DNA of 64,000 nt from an uncultured Verrucomicrobiae bacterium (GTDB taxonomy: Bacteria; Verrucomicrobiota; Verrucomicrobiia; Chthoniobacterales; Chthoniobacteraceae), in NCBI GenBank assembly GCA_963828525.1, contig CAWHEP010000001.1, positions 32,001 through 96,000 on the forward strand, in the 5' to 3' direction. The translations under genes and the position numbers were made by a program. The notes beneath the pieces are model-generated. The model saw nothing but the letters and a program-made list of their open reading frames with translations. It was not told the origin of the DNA and searched no databases. How positions within the stretch are numbered: the first letter of the stretch is position 1; each line of letters starts with the position of its first letter. Shown one piece after another: positions 30,534-41,974 of the stretch.

Positions 30534-31436
30534 CTACCCGTATCGATGCCGCCGCGTGACGAGATAACCACTTAGCACTTCGGCCCACGGCTGCGATGTG
30601 TCCAGCCGGATATAATGGCAGCCCGCCTGGACGCAGCCTTCCTTCAAGCGTTCAAGAAACGAGCCGAGTTCAGCCAGGTAACTTTTGCGAATCTCCGCGG
30701 GTTTGGTGAGCATTCGCTCACCACCTTCAAGGGATTCAAATTCAACATTACCGTTGAACGGAAACGACAGTTCGTATGGGTCGAGCACCTGAAACAGAAT
30801 CACCTCGTTACCGGCGAAACGCAGATGGCGGATGCCCTCCAGAATGCGTTCTTCGTCGTCGAAGAAGTCACTGATGATGATGAAAATGCCCCGGCGGCGC
30901 GCTTTGTGAGCCATGTCACGGAGAACGTTCCCGATGCCCGTCCGGTCGACCGGTTCAAAGGCGGCCAAGGCGGCGACGGCGGCATGGATTGAGGAAAGAT
31001 TATCGGCGCGCGGCAGGTATTGGCGGATCGATGAATCGAAGATCGCGAGCGCCATGGCGTCGCGCTGCTGAAGGATGAGATAGGCGAGACATGCTGCCAT
31101 GACCCTTCCGAAGTGGAATTTCGTCACGGCGCCCGAACCGTACGCCATCGATTTGCTGCCATCGAGAAGGATGTGCGCGACAAAATTTGTCTCCTGCTCG
31201 TACTGCTTCACGACGTAACGGTCACTGCGTCCCAGCACTTTCCAGTCGAGGTGCCGGGGATCGTCGCCCGGAACATATTCGCGGTGTTGCGCGAACTCGA
31301 TGGCGAAGCCTCTGTATGGCGATTTGTGCTCGCCTGCCATGTATCCTTCAACGATGGAACGAGCCTGTAGGCCGAGATGTTCCGCCCGCTGGATGACCTC
31401 TGGGTCAAGGAGCTTGTTTGCCGCGGGGTTTGTCAC
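30534..31436 (-). CDS. DUF58 domain protein
   Basis: GEHKSPYRG..EFAQHREYVPGDDPRHLDWK, KQYEQE, DGSKSM, ISDF. Confidence 0.92.
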   Translation of the reverse strand: MTNPAANKLLDPEVIQRAEHLGLQARSIVEGYMAGEHKSPYRGFAIEFAQHREYVPGDDPRHLDWKVLGRSDRYVVKQYEQETNFVAHILLDGSKSMAYGSGAVTKFHFGRVMAACLAYLILQQRDAMALAIFDSSIRQYLPRADNLSSIHAAVAALAAFEPVDRTGIGNVLRDMAHKARRRGIFIIISDFFDDEERILEGIRHLRFAGNEVILFQVLDPYELSFPFNGNVEFESLEGGERMLTKPAEIRKSYLAELGSFLERLKEGCVQAGCHYIRLDTSQPWAEVLSGYLVTRRHRYG

Positions 31437-31447
31437 GGCCGCGCGGG

Positions 31448-32458
<1,011 letters not shown>

Positions 32459-32532
32459 TTGAGGAAGTGGGTATCAGCGCGCGGACGCAGAAAGAGTCTT
32501 AACCATGGAGCCGCGCGCCTCATCGAGTTTAC

Positions 32533-34068
32533 TCATGGCTGCGGCCCTATTACCACGAAGGAACGCTCCATGCCGCGGCAGATGAAGAGCATCTGCTTTT
32601 CGCTGGGATTCAGCGTTTTGCGGATGGCTTTGTAGGCGGCTACGGAGGGGACCGGCCGGTGGTTTATCTCTTCGATGATATCCGTTTCGCGCAGAACCTG
32701 ACCGGCGGGGGAGTTCGGGTCGATTTCGCTAACCATGACGCCCTTGATTCCTGAAGGAAGGTTGGCTCTGTGCTCATCCGGGATTTCCGCGACTGTAATC
32801 CCGGCGAGCGGGCGCGTATCCGACGGTTGATGTGCTGTCCCAGGCTCAGGCGGGTTCTCGGGCTCCAGCGTGGGAGGAGGTTGCAAGGCTTGAGGAGATA
32901 CTGGTTTTTGGCTGATAGCCGCAGTGAGACTTGTTTGACTGCCTTCCCTGATGAGGACGATCTTCACTTTCATGGGAGCGCTGGTTTCGCCTACTCGCCG
33001 ATGCAGATCATCGGCGTCCCGCACAACATGGCCGTCGAATCTTGTGATGACGTCCCCCTCGCGCAGCCCGGCCTTCTCGGCTGGAGAGCCTTGAGCAACA
33101 CCTGTGACAACAGCGCCTTCGGCGTCTCGGAGCCCTAGCTCCTGTGCTATCTCAGGCGTTAGGGACTGGATGATCACGCCAAGATACCCGGGAGTGGGGT
33201 TAGTCAGCTTGGCGCCGCGCGGGCGCAAGTCAGGGGAGCCGTGTTTGAGAACGGCCTCCAGGGTAGACCGCGCCACATTTGCCGGGATGGCGAATCCGAT
33301 CCCCTGCCAGCCGCCTGAACCCGAATAAATACTGCTGTTGATCGCAATGATCTCCCCGCGCAGGTTGAGAAGCGGACCGCCGGAGTTGCCTGGATTAATG
33401 GCGGTATCCGTCTGGAAGAACTGGTTCTCACTTCCCTTGATGATGTTGCGGCCCTTTGCGCTGATGATGCCGCGAGTTACGGTCTCCTGAAGGCCGAACG
33501 GGTTGCCGACGGCGAAGACGAGCTGCCCCACCTTAACCTGATCGGAATCTCCAAGCCGCAGAGGCTGCAGGTTACTACCGTCGATCTTGAGGACGGCGAT
33601 GTCATTATCTTCATCGGTGCCGATGAGGCGGGCGTTCAGTTTCCTGCCATCGTTCAACTGAACCTCGACTTCGTCTACATCCGCAATGACATGATTGTTC
33701 GTCAGGATGTGTCCCTCCTTGGAGACAATGACTCCCGACCCCAGCGAATTCTGGATGCTTTCGCGTGGCTGCGAGCGGAACCTGCCGCGGAAGAGGAGTT
33801 CGAATGGGTCGGTGACTTGGGGACTGCTCGCGACGCGGCGAGACGTGGTGATGCTGACCACGGACGGAACAACCGCATCCACCAGTTTGGTGTACTCAGC
33901 GTCCATGGCCGCCAGGACCTGCATATCCTTGAGGTCAAGCTTCGGGGCGTCGGCCGGGGTGAACGCAACCGCTGACTTCTGCCACGGGAGCGGGCCCGGG
34001 TGCTTCGACGACCACAGCGCGAAGAGAAGAAGTCCGATGGTTACGCAGAAAAATAGAAACCGTCTCAT
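32533..34068 (-). CDS. HtrA/DegP-family serine protease with two PDZ domains
   Basis: GSGVI, TNNHV, DIAVLKI, INPGNSGGPL; two PDZ-like regions. Confidence 0.95.
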   Translation of the reverse strand: MRRFLFFCVTIGLLLFALWSSKHPGPLPWQKSAVAFTPADAPKLDLKDMQVLAAMDAEYTKLVDAVVPSVVSITTSRRVASSPQVTDPFELLFRGRFRSQPRESIQNSLGSGVIVSKEGHILTNNHVIADVDEVEVQLNDGRKLNARLIGTDEDNDIAVLKIDGSNLQPLRLGDSDQVKVGQLVFAVGNPFGLQETVTRGIISAKGRNIIKGSENQFFQTDTAINPGNSGGPLLNLRGEIIAINSSIYSGSGGWQGIGFAIPANVARSTLEAVLKHGSPDLRPRGAKLTNPTPGYLGVIIQSLTPEIAQELGLRDAEGAVVTGVAQGSPAEKAGLREGDVITRFDGHVVRDADDLHRRVGETSAPMKVKIVLIREGSQTSLTAAISQKPVSPQALQPPPTLEPENPPEPGTAHQPSDTRPLAGITVAEIPDEHRANLPSGIKGVMVSEIDPNSPAGQVLRETDIIEEINHRPVPSVAAYKAIRKTLNPSEKQMLFICRGMERSFVVIGPQP

Positions 34069-34123
34069 CCGTGGAAAGAGTTGCCGCAGCCACAACACGG
34101 CGGGTGGAAAAAACGCATGGTGT

Positions 34124-36247
34124 CTAGTTTACCTGAGACAGCGTCAGTTTTCTACCTTCCGCGATAATGTCGCGAAAATGGGCGTGCTCCTGCCTGGTGA
34201 GACCTGGATCTTCCTGAAAGATGGCTCGCGCCGATTCACGGGCTGCCATCATCAGGGCGGCGTCTATGATGGGGTCGCCGAGTTTCAGGGGCGGAAGCCC
34301 GCTTTGCGCGGTGCCAAGGATATCACCTGGGCCGCGGAGGCGGAGGTCGGCCTCCGCGATTTCGAAGCCATCGGTGCTGCGCTCCAGAGCTTGCAGCTTG
34401 TCGGCGACGCCAGGGTTTCCGAGGGTGCTGATGAGAATACAGTAGGATTTGTGCGAGCCCCTGCCAACCCTGCCGCGTAGCTGGTGGAGTTGAGCAAGTC
34501 CAAACCGCTCGGCGTTCTCGATGAGCATGATGTTTGCGTTAGGCACGTCTATTCCCACTTCAATGACGGAGGTAGCGATAAGCGCCTTGCTCTCGCCTTC
34601 GCGGAAGCGGCGCATGATTGCGTCTTTCTCATCGGGAGGCACCCGCCCATGCAGGAGATCGCACCGCATGGGGTTGAGAAATCCCTTCCACTTCTCGAAC
34701 TCTCCGGCTGCCGCTTTTAGTCCGGCCTTCCCCGTGTCGTCGATCAAAGGGTAAACGATGTAGGCTTGGCGTCCATCCTCGAGATGTTTGCGGATGAACG
34801 CGGCAGCCTCGGGAATTTTCGATTGATCGCGGATGGCCGTGATGATTTTGCCGCGATTGGAGGGCAGCTCATCAAGAGTGGAAATATCGAGGTCGCCGTA
34901 GATAGTCATTGTGAGTGTACGGGGGATCGGGGTGGCCGTCATGACCAGGACATCAGGCGCGCGGCCCTGAGAGATGAGGCGCGAGCGCTGCAGCACGCCG
35001 AACTTGTGCTGCTCGTCGATGACGGCGAGACCCAGGCGGGAGAACAAGGTGGAGTCGTAAAGGAGGGCGTGAGTGCCAACGATGATGTTCGGGGTGTCCG
35101 CGCCGAAGAGAGGGAGAGCGGAGTCCTCCGTCCTCGAGCCGGTGCGTAGAACGAGGCCGATGCCGAGCGGATCGAGCCAGCGCCTAAAGGTGAGGTAGTG
35201 CTGTTCCGCAAGGATCTGAGTGGGCGCCATGAGGGCGGCCTGGTAACCGGCCTCAACGGCGAGAAGCATGGCTGAAAGAGCGACCACGGTCTTGCCCGAG
35301 CCGACATCACCATGAAGAAGGCGGTTCATGGGGCGCTCGAGGGCGAGGTCAGCGCGGATCTCACAAAGAACGCGGCGCTGGGCGCCTGTAAGCGAGAAAG
35401 GCAACGAAGCCTGAAAGCGTTCCATGAGCTCGCCACTCGCGCAATGAGTCTCCCCGGGCAGCGAAGCGGTCTCCGCCCGGCGGGCGGCGAGGAAGAGTTG
35501 CATTGAGAAGAACTCAGTAAGGATCAGGTGACGCTTCGCCAGCTCCAATGCCTCCCACGACGTGGGGAAATGAATTTCGCGCAGAGCGGCGGAATAGGAG
35601 TGCGAATCCAGCGACCGGGGAAGTCGGCTGGGAACCGGGAGATCGGCTAGAATGCCAATCAGGCGGAAAGTGATGCCCCGTAGAACGCGCTGGGAGAGTC
35701 CTTCGGTCGCTCTGTAGATGGGGGCAATCCGGTTCAAGTGAACAAGGGCGTCGCTCTCGTCTTCGACCACCTCAAAGTCCGGATGATCAATGCACAACCG
35801 TCCGGCGCGCAGCTTGGGCTTCCCGTAAATAACGATACGATTCCCGGTCGAAATCATCTTTCGCGCGAAGTGCGCGTTGAACCACCTGCAAATGAGCGGT
35901 TGGGTGAGGGCGTGCGCCCCTTCTTCTTCGAGGACGATCTCGAAGAGTGTTTTCCATCCGCCCAGGCGCTTTGAGGCAGCCTTAACAACAGTGCCGCAGA
36001 CACACACAGGCGTCTCGCCTTCATGCGACGGGAACCGGTCAAATTGGAGGCGATCCTCGTAGCGGCGAGGATAGTGCGAAAGGACATCGCTCACGGTCGA
36101 GAAGCCGAGGCCGGATAATTGGCGGAGGCGTTGCGGACCGATCCAATCAACGTCGGCGATGGGAGTCCCGAGAAATGAAGCCCCCTCGCTCTCCGCAAGT
36201 TCTCGAGGCGGTTCGCTGCCGCGTGTGGATGACGTTTTGCGAGGCAA
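34124..36247 (-). CDS. recG: ATP-dependent DNA helicase RecG (start TTG 36247 inferred)
   Basis: HYPRRYEDR, GDVGSGKT, DEQHKFGV, MTATPIPRT, AERFGLAQLHQLRGRVGRG, DLRLRGPG. Confidence 0.96.
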   Translation of the reverse strand: MPRKTSSTRGSEPPRELAESEGASFLGTPIADVDWIGPQRLRQLSGLGFSTVSDVLSHYPRRYEDRLQFDRFPSHEGETPVCVCGTVVKAASKRLGGWKTLFEIVLEEEGAHALTQPLICRWFNAHFARKMISTGNRIVIYGKPKLRAGRLCIDHPDFEVVEDESDALVHLNRIAPIYRATEGLSQRVLRGITFRLIGILADLPVPSRLPRSLDSHSYSAALREIHFPTSWEALELAKRHLILTEFFSMQLFLAARRAETASLPGETHCASGELMERFQASLPFSLTGAQRRVLCEIRADLALERPMNRLLHGDVGSGKTVVALSAMLLAVEAGYQAALMAPTQILAEQHYLTFRRWLDPLGIGLVLRTGSRTEDSALPLFGADTPNIIVGTHALLYDSTLFSRLGLAVIDEQHKFGVLQRSRLISQGRAPDVLVMTATPIPRTLTMTIYGDLDISTLDELPSNRGKIITAIRDQSKIPEAAAFIRKHLEDGRQAYIVYPLIDDTGKAGLKAAAGEFEKWKGFLNPMRCDLLHGRVPPDEKDAIMRRFREGESKALIATSVIEVGIDVPNANIMLIENAERFGLAQLHQLRGRVGRGSHKSYCILISTLGNPGVADKLQALERSTDGFEIAEADLRLRGPGDILGTAQSGLPPLKLGDPIIDAALMMAARESARAIFQEDPGLTRQEHAHFRDIIAEGRKLTLSQVN

Positions 36248-36254
36248 ACTGGGT

Positions 36255-37951
36255 TTATCCTGGAATGGCGGCTGCGCAGCGCGAGCACCTGAACCTGGAC
36301 AGAGACCTGTTCGGCGTATTCGTTGCGTTCGATCTGAAAGGCGACATCCCAAGGCGGCGAAGGGAGTGGCGCGTCGGCGCCATTGAAATAGATCGCCGGA
36401 TGGTTTCTTTCGTTTTGACGGAAAGTGAAGCGCAGGTGCTTGTTCTTTAACAGTCGCGGTTCGCAGGCGGGAGAGATGCCTCGCGCAAAGAAGACGGGTT
36501 GTGGATTCCCGATCCCAAATGGCTGCAGCAATTCATGCTGTTCAAGAAATTCGAAGTCGAGCCTGGCGAGGGGAACCTCCGCTTCGAGTCGCAGGCGGGG
36601 TTGCATGTGCTCTTCGGTCAATATCTCGCGGGCGCATCGCAGAAACGCGGAGCGAAAGTCCTCGAATCAGATGGCGACTGAGAGAGAACCCGGCAGCCAT
36701 GTCGTGCCCGCCAAACTTGTCGAGCAGATGACCGCATTGTCCCAAGGCAGCGACGAGAGAAAGACCGGCGATGCTCCTGCCGCTTCCCCGCCCGGAACCG
36801 GTCTCGTCAAACCCGATGACGAGGACAGGCCGATGATGAGTTTTGGAAAGACGGGATGCCACAATGCCTACGACTCCAGAGTGCCAGCCAGTGTCCCCCA
36901 CGACGATCGCGCAGTCGCGCGCGGGTTCAAAGCAACTGGCGAGCTGGATTTCAGCTTGCGTGAGCACGGCGAGTTCCACGGCCTGTCGCTCTTTGTTTTG
37001 CGCGTCCAGCGAGCAAGCGAGTTCGCGGGCGCGCGCCGGGTCGTCCGTTAGCAGCAGGTTGAGCGCGTCCTCGGCGGTGCCCAATCTGCCCGCCGCGTTC
37101 AGGCGCGGCCCCAACCGGAAACCAATGTCGGAAGGGCGGGCGGGAAATTGGACAGCGGCGACTTCGAGCAGAGCGCGGATGCCAGCCCACCGGGTGCTTT
37201 CAAGCCTGATGAGGCCTTTTTTAACCAGGATGCGATTTTCCGCGATCAGCGGCGCCAGGTCAGCCACAGTGCCTAGCGCGACGAGGTCGAGGTATTCCCG
37301 CAAGTCGAGACCGGCAACCGGTCGCACTTTCAAGAGGGCATGACAGAGCTTGAAGACAAGGCCCACGGTGCAGAGATAATGAAAATCCGCGCTCAATTTC
37401 GGGTTCACCAAAGCATGAGCCTGGGGCAACGCGCCATGGCATTCGTGATGGTCCAGGATCACCACGTCCACGCCCTGCGCGTTCAAAGCCGCGACCTCCT
37501 CCACAGACGAGGTGCCGCAGTCGAGCGCGATGAGCAGTTGCGGCCGCAAGGTGTCGAGGCAACGCTTCACGCCCTCATGGCTCAGTCCATAGCCCTCATC
37601 CATCCTCAGCGGCAGGAAGCACGACGGCGCGCCCCCAAAGCGGGAGAGGACTCGACTTAGAAGGGCCAGCGATGACACGCCATCCACATCGTAATCACCA
37701 TACAGGACCACGCGTTCCCGCCGATCCATCGCCAGGAGGATGCGCGCCACTGCCTTATCCATATTGGGCAGCAGGAAAGGGTCAAAAAGATTCCCAAGCT
37801 TCGGGTGTAAGAATCGCTGCGCGTCCTCGTGGCCGATGACGCCGCGCCGCTGGAGGACAGACGCGATGCAGGGAGAAACAAGCGACAGCGGAACGGACGG
37901 AGCGGTGTCAGCGCAATGGATGATCCACTTTGAGGTAGCGTGCTTGTGCAA
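36255..37951 (-). CDS. recJ: ssDNA exonuclease RecJ; frameshift near 36665 and probably near 36270; ends approximate
   Basis: YGDYDVDG, DCG, DHH, GPRLNAAGR, GSGRS, GGH; C-terminal QPFGIGNPQPVF continues in another frame. Confidence 0.9.
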
Positions 37952-38033
37952 AACGGGAGACAGAACCAATCGCAGGGTTGCCGGGTTGGGACAAGACGGA
38001 AAGAGGTTCCCCAACTCGACTGGATTCTCGACC

Positions 38034-38126
38034 AGAGTGGGCGAAGTTCACAAGCGGCGGCCATGTCCGCCGTCTATCCGGCAGGGCAAACACAATCGAA
38101 ACAACGGACTATTCGCCAGCGCGGGA
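38034..38126 (+). repeat. Left copy of diverged direct repeat bounding the accessory island
   Basis: CGAAGTTCA.AAGCGGCGGCCA..ACAATCGAAACAAC..TATTCGC..CAGCGCGGGA matches 42909-43027 with an internal deletion. Confidence 0.75.
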
Positions 38127-38157
38127 TTTCACATCGAGCCCATTGGAATGGCTGGCG

Positions 38158-38384
38158 CTGTTGAAAAATGCAGGCTGACCCCATAAATACCAAGCCCATA
38201 AATACCAAGCCCGCGAGCTATCGAGGGGACATGTCAGTAGGTATCGCGATTCGGTCTTTCGGACGTTTAGCGATGAAAAGTGCTCAACGCCAGCCATCAG
38301 CCTCGCAGAAGCGAGTCCCTGAACCGAGACTGCCCGAGGCCCTTCACGACGGGGTGCCGCTGTTGAAAGATGCAGCCTGACCCC
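38158..38384 (+). mobile_element. Two degenerate 3'-end motifs of a RAYT (Y1 transposase)-type element
   Basis: CTGTTGAAAAATGCAGGCTGACCCC (38158-38182) and CTGTTGAAAGATGCAGCCTGACCCC (38360-38384); both are inverted matches to 42618-42642. Confidence 0.6.
38180..38209 (+). repeat. Perfect 15-bp tandem duplication
   Basis: CCCATAAATACCAAG x2, abutting the CTGACCCC motif. Confidence 0.9.
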
Positions 38385-38491
38385 CAGAAAACAAATTTAC
38401 TCGAGATGTATCCTTGGCTAAAGCCGCGCAAAAGCGGGACGGATGGATGCCTTCGCCATCAGTCGAGAACATGCTGCGGGAAATCGCTACC

Positions 38492-38519
38492 TTGTCAGTC
38501 CCCAACCGCCCGGCATACT
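38492..38519 (+). promoter_or_regulatory. Possible sigma70 promoter for the RHS gene
   Basis: TTGTCA-N16-CATACT, 10 bp upstream of ATG 38530. Confidence 0.35.
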
Positions 38520-38529
38520 CTCGGCTGAG

Positions 38530-40724
38530 ATGCGTCTTAAATGGGTCATCCTTTTCCTCTGGATTGCAGGTTCCTTTCCCCTCCACGCCAGTCTGCCGCG
38601 CCCGCTTCGCCCGGGGCACGATTACGACATTGCAACCGTTCACAAAATCGTCCCACCTCCGCGCAACCGGTTGACGAGCGTCACCTACGCGCAGCGCGCG
38701 GGGACAATCGAACTTTTCATTACGATCTCGCCGGCAACCTCACGTCGGTGGTGGAACCCGGTCTCAACGGGATCGCGGACGTCGGTTACGCGTACGACGC
38801 GCTGAATCGCGTCACGGGCGAAACCAGCGGTGGCCTGGCCCATCAGTATAAATATGACCTGGCCGGGAACCGGACGCAGGTAACCTACGGAGGCACAGGC
38901 CGGACGGTCTCTTCCGCCTATGACGCGCTGAACCGGCTGGCCTCGATGACCGAGAGTGGCCGCTCCACGCTATATGGCTATGATTTGAACGGAAACACCG
39001 TCAGCAAAGCGCTGCCGAACGGAGCTACCGATGGAATGGCGTACGACGCCCTGAATCGGCGCGCGCTCATGACGACGAGAGTGCCTGCCGGACGGCTTTC
39101 GGAGATCGATCTTGCCTACGACCTCCAGGGGAACCTTGCGACCCAGCAGGAGACCTATTTCACGCAATCGCTAGCCAGCCGCGCCGTCACAAATACCTAT
39201 GACGCCATTGACCGGCTTCATATCGAGTCGGCCACCCAAGGCGGAAATACCGTCGCCACAACCTACGAGTATGACGCGGCAAACAATCGCGCCAGCAGGA
39301 CGATCACTGGGGGGTCGAATTCGGGGATTACCACCTATAACTACAATGCTGCCGATCAGCTGACCGCGTACACCGCGCCGTCCAGGGCAGCCGTTTCGCT
39401 GACATATGACGCCAACGGGAACCGGACATCAAATGGGACAAGTAGTTACGCTTACGACATCGAGAATCGATTGGTATCGGTCACGAGCGGGACGGCCAGC
39501 TACAGCTACGCGTATGATTACCGCACCCGCCGCGTCCAGCGGGAGGAAGGGAGCATTAACACGGCGGTCGTCTTTAGTGGGGGCAGTAGCGTCGCCGAAT
39601 ATGACAACGGAGCGACCAGCCCGACGGTCGAATACATCCGCGGATCGGATTGGGGCGGCGGAGTAGGAGGCATCCTCTACACGATCCGGGGGAATGCGCT
39701 TGGCATGACCCACTACGACGGGCGCGGGGACGTTGTGGCCAAGACAGACGCCTCAGGCGTTTTGGCATATCAGGCCAGCTACGAAGCCTTCGGCAAGCGC
39801 GCGCAGGAGTTCGGCTCGACTCTTGATCGGCAGAAGGGCAACACGAAGGAGGAAGACCCAACTGGGCTGCTCCTTGAGGGGTTCCGATACCGCGACTTGG
39901 AGAACGGTTGCTTCATCACAAAAGACCCTGCTGGGTTCGTGGACGGGCCGAATCTTTACACCTACGTCCGGCAGAATCCCTGGACCAAGTTCGATCCAGA
40001 GGGATTAGCGGAGGTGACGCCAGAGCAGGCCAAAGCTTTATACCAGGCTCACGAGAAGGAGATCGACGCCGGGATCAATGGTCAGAACTTCGTGATGCGG
40101 GGGATAGCCAGCCTATTTGGGACGCGTGAGTTGTTCCATCACATGAACAAGCTGTCGTACGAGGCGGCGCTCAAGACTGGTAATAACCGCGTTTCGACGG
40201 GGGAACAGGCGCTTCAGATTACCGCAGCCGGTGTCGATAACTACATGAGGGGCCTGACGATTGCCTCAGTCGTGGCTGCGCCAGCAGGAATGGTTGGTGG
40301 GCCAAAAGCACCGGGGGCGGCGCCGAAAATCTCAGAACCAGCACCACCAGAAAATCCAGGTGGGGTTGAACCGTCTGCGAAGGGTACACACAAAGCGGCG
40401 ATGACCGTGTTGAATAGCGAAGGGGATGCGATTCACACCGAAGAACTCGTAAGCGGTGGAACTGGTAAAGCCAAGCCGACTTTCCCTGAACAGGGAGCTG
40501 TCCACACTGAAGCCAAAGGCACCGCACAAGTTAGGGAGATGGTCAATAATGGTACGGATGTGGGTGGCGTTTTGATTGAAGGTGAACGGCCTCCCTGCAA
40601 TATGTGCAAGGGGGAAATGAATAAGCTACATCGTGAGACAGGTGTGCCAACGACGTACGTAGATGGACAAGGAGCTACTTGGGAATCGAGCGCCGGGAAG
40701 CGGCCTCCTCCAGAAAGCCGATGA
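38530..40724 (+). CDS. Shortened RHS/YD-repeat polymorphic toxin with C-terminal Pput_2613-like deaminase; one-base frameshift in G run near 38703
   Basis: YDALNR/YDLAGN repeats; core RYRD..FITKDPAGFVDGPNLYTYVRQNPWTKFDPEG; tip SGG..FP..HTE..IEG..PPCNMC. Confidence 0.85.
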
Positions 40725-40963
40725 GTACAGGATTCGTACGCAGGACGTGGAATGACATGTATCGGGCACACACTTGTTTTAAAGCGATGAACCGAGCGCT
40801 GGAGATCAACAAAACCAAACCCGTCCACACGATCAAGCTTGAGAACACTGTGCCGCCTTGTCGAATGTGTCGAGCATGGTGGAGGCGTTGTGGAAAGATG
40901 GCCGGCATCAATGCATATATCGTGTTCCCCGGCGACATATGGAGATCCGACGCTCGTCCCTGA
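40721..40963 (+). CDS. 80-aa deaminase-like protein lacking the catalytic Glu (HTC..PPCRMC); candidate immunity or partner subunit
   Basis: ATGA overlap with toxin stop; colinear similarity to the toxin tip. Confidence 0.7.
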   Translation: MSTGFVRRTWNDMYRAHTCFKAMNRALEINKTKPVHTIKLENTVPPCRMCRAWWRRCGKMAGINAYIVFPGDIWRSDARP

Positions 40964-40969
40964 GTCTTT

Positions 40970-41584
40970 ATGGATTTTGAAACTGAGTATCGGAAACTCC
41001 TTGGGCTGACTTCTTCGGCTCCTGCTCTAGGATTCGGGCGCGAAGAGATCAACGAACATCAAAGCTTACAGCCCAACGCTCTCCGGTTCGTTTATGAGGC
41101 CGCTGGAAAGATGCGGATCAACCATGCACACAACCGCCTTTTTGGACCGTCGCAATTGCGACTGGACGATGACGGTTTCGTGACCTTCGCTGAGGAAAAT
41201 CAGAATGTTGTAGTTTGGGGTTTTAAGGCATCCGACGTGAATTCCGATCCGATGGTTTTCCAGAAACAATTTGATGGAGAGTCGTTCGGTCCTTGGGTTG
41301 CGGAGGGACAGGCAATCTCGAACTTCCTGCTATCATTTGCGTATTGGAGCGCAGCTAATGGCGCTGCTGATGCCACTGCGGTTGGCGAGACTGGTGCGAC
41401 AACCCGAGCCAAGGTCCAGCTTTTACCGTTGATTTGGAAATGTCTCGACTTTGAAGTGCGAGGTGGCGAAGGCGGTCTTGTCATTGTCACACCAGACGGG
41501 GACTTTTATGCGTTCGGGCGAGATGCAAAAACGGTTGAGCAGTTCGTCGAGAGTTTGGAAGTGGAGTGGTTTGATATGGAATAG
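40970..41584 (+). CDS. SMI1/KNR4 (SUKH)-like immunity protein
   Basis: PNALRFVY..G..NRLF..FAEENQNVVVWG..DPMV pattern; 6 bp after preceding gene. Confidence 0.65.
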   Translation: MDFETEYRKLLGLTSSAPALGFGREEINEHQSLQPNALRFVYEAAGKMRINHAHNRLFGPSQLRLDDDGFVTFAEENQNVVVWGFKASDVNSDPMVFQKQFDGESFGPWVAEGQAISNFLLSFAYWSAANGAADATAVGETGATTRAKVQLLPLIWKCLDFEVRGGEGGLVIVTPDGDFYAFGRDAKTVEQFVESLEVEWFDME

Positions 41585-41603
41585 GCATTGGAGGCCAGAC
41601 TCG

Positions 41604-41965
41604 TCAGGCCGAGGGAGCCTGAGCGATAGCGATGCCCGAGACGAACGGCTGCTTGTCGTGAAGATTGGCAAAGCGGGCGTCTTCGGCTTTGAGGCGCAGG
41701 GCTCTTTGCTGGTCGAGCGACTCGCAGAGCAGGTGCAGGCGATAGCCCGAGAGCGTGACATCGTGCGAGGGAAACGCGAGGAGCAGGCGCTGCGGTAGAG
41801 CGGCGGAACCGCTCGGGTGGGTTCGAGGATGAAATGGAGAAGCTGGGAAAATGGAAAACCGAACTCGCGGCCATCGTCGGTGATGAAGTGGATGAAAGCC
41901 GCGCGGCTGTCGGGAGTGGCCGTGGCGCTTTCGGGCGCTGCTTTGGATGAGGTTCCTTTTAACAT
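41604..41965 (-). pseudogene. Frameshifted hypothetical gene downstream of relaxase remnant (possible mobilisation accessory)
   Basis: FITDDGREFGFPFSQLLHF continues in another frame as QRLLLAFPSHDVTLSGYRLHLL..PFVSGIAI*. Confidence 0.45.
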
Positions 41966-41974
41966 GGTGATCGA

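Noticed and set aside
38158..38384. Repeated 25-bp motif as a CRISPR array
   Set aside because: Only two direct copies, about 200 bp apart, and no cas genes; better explained as transposon ends
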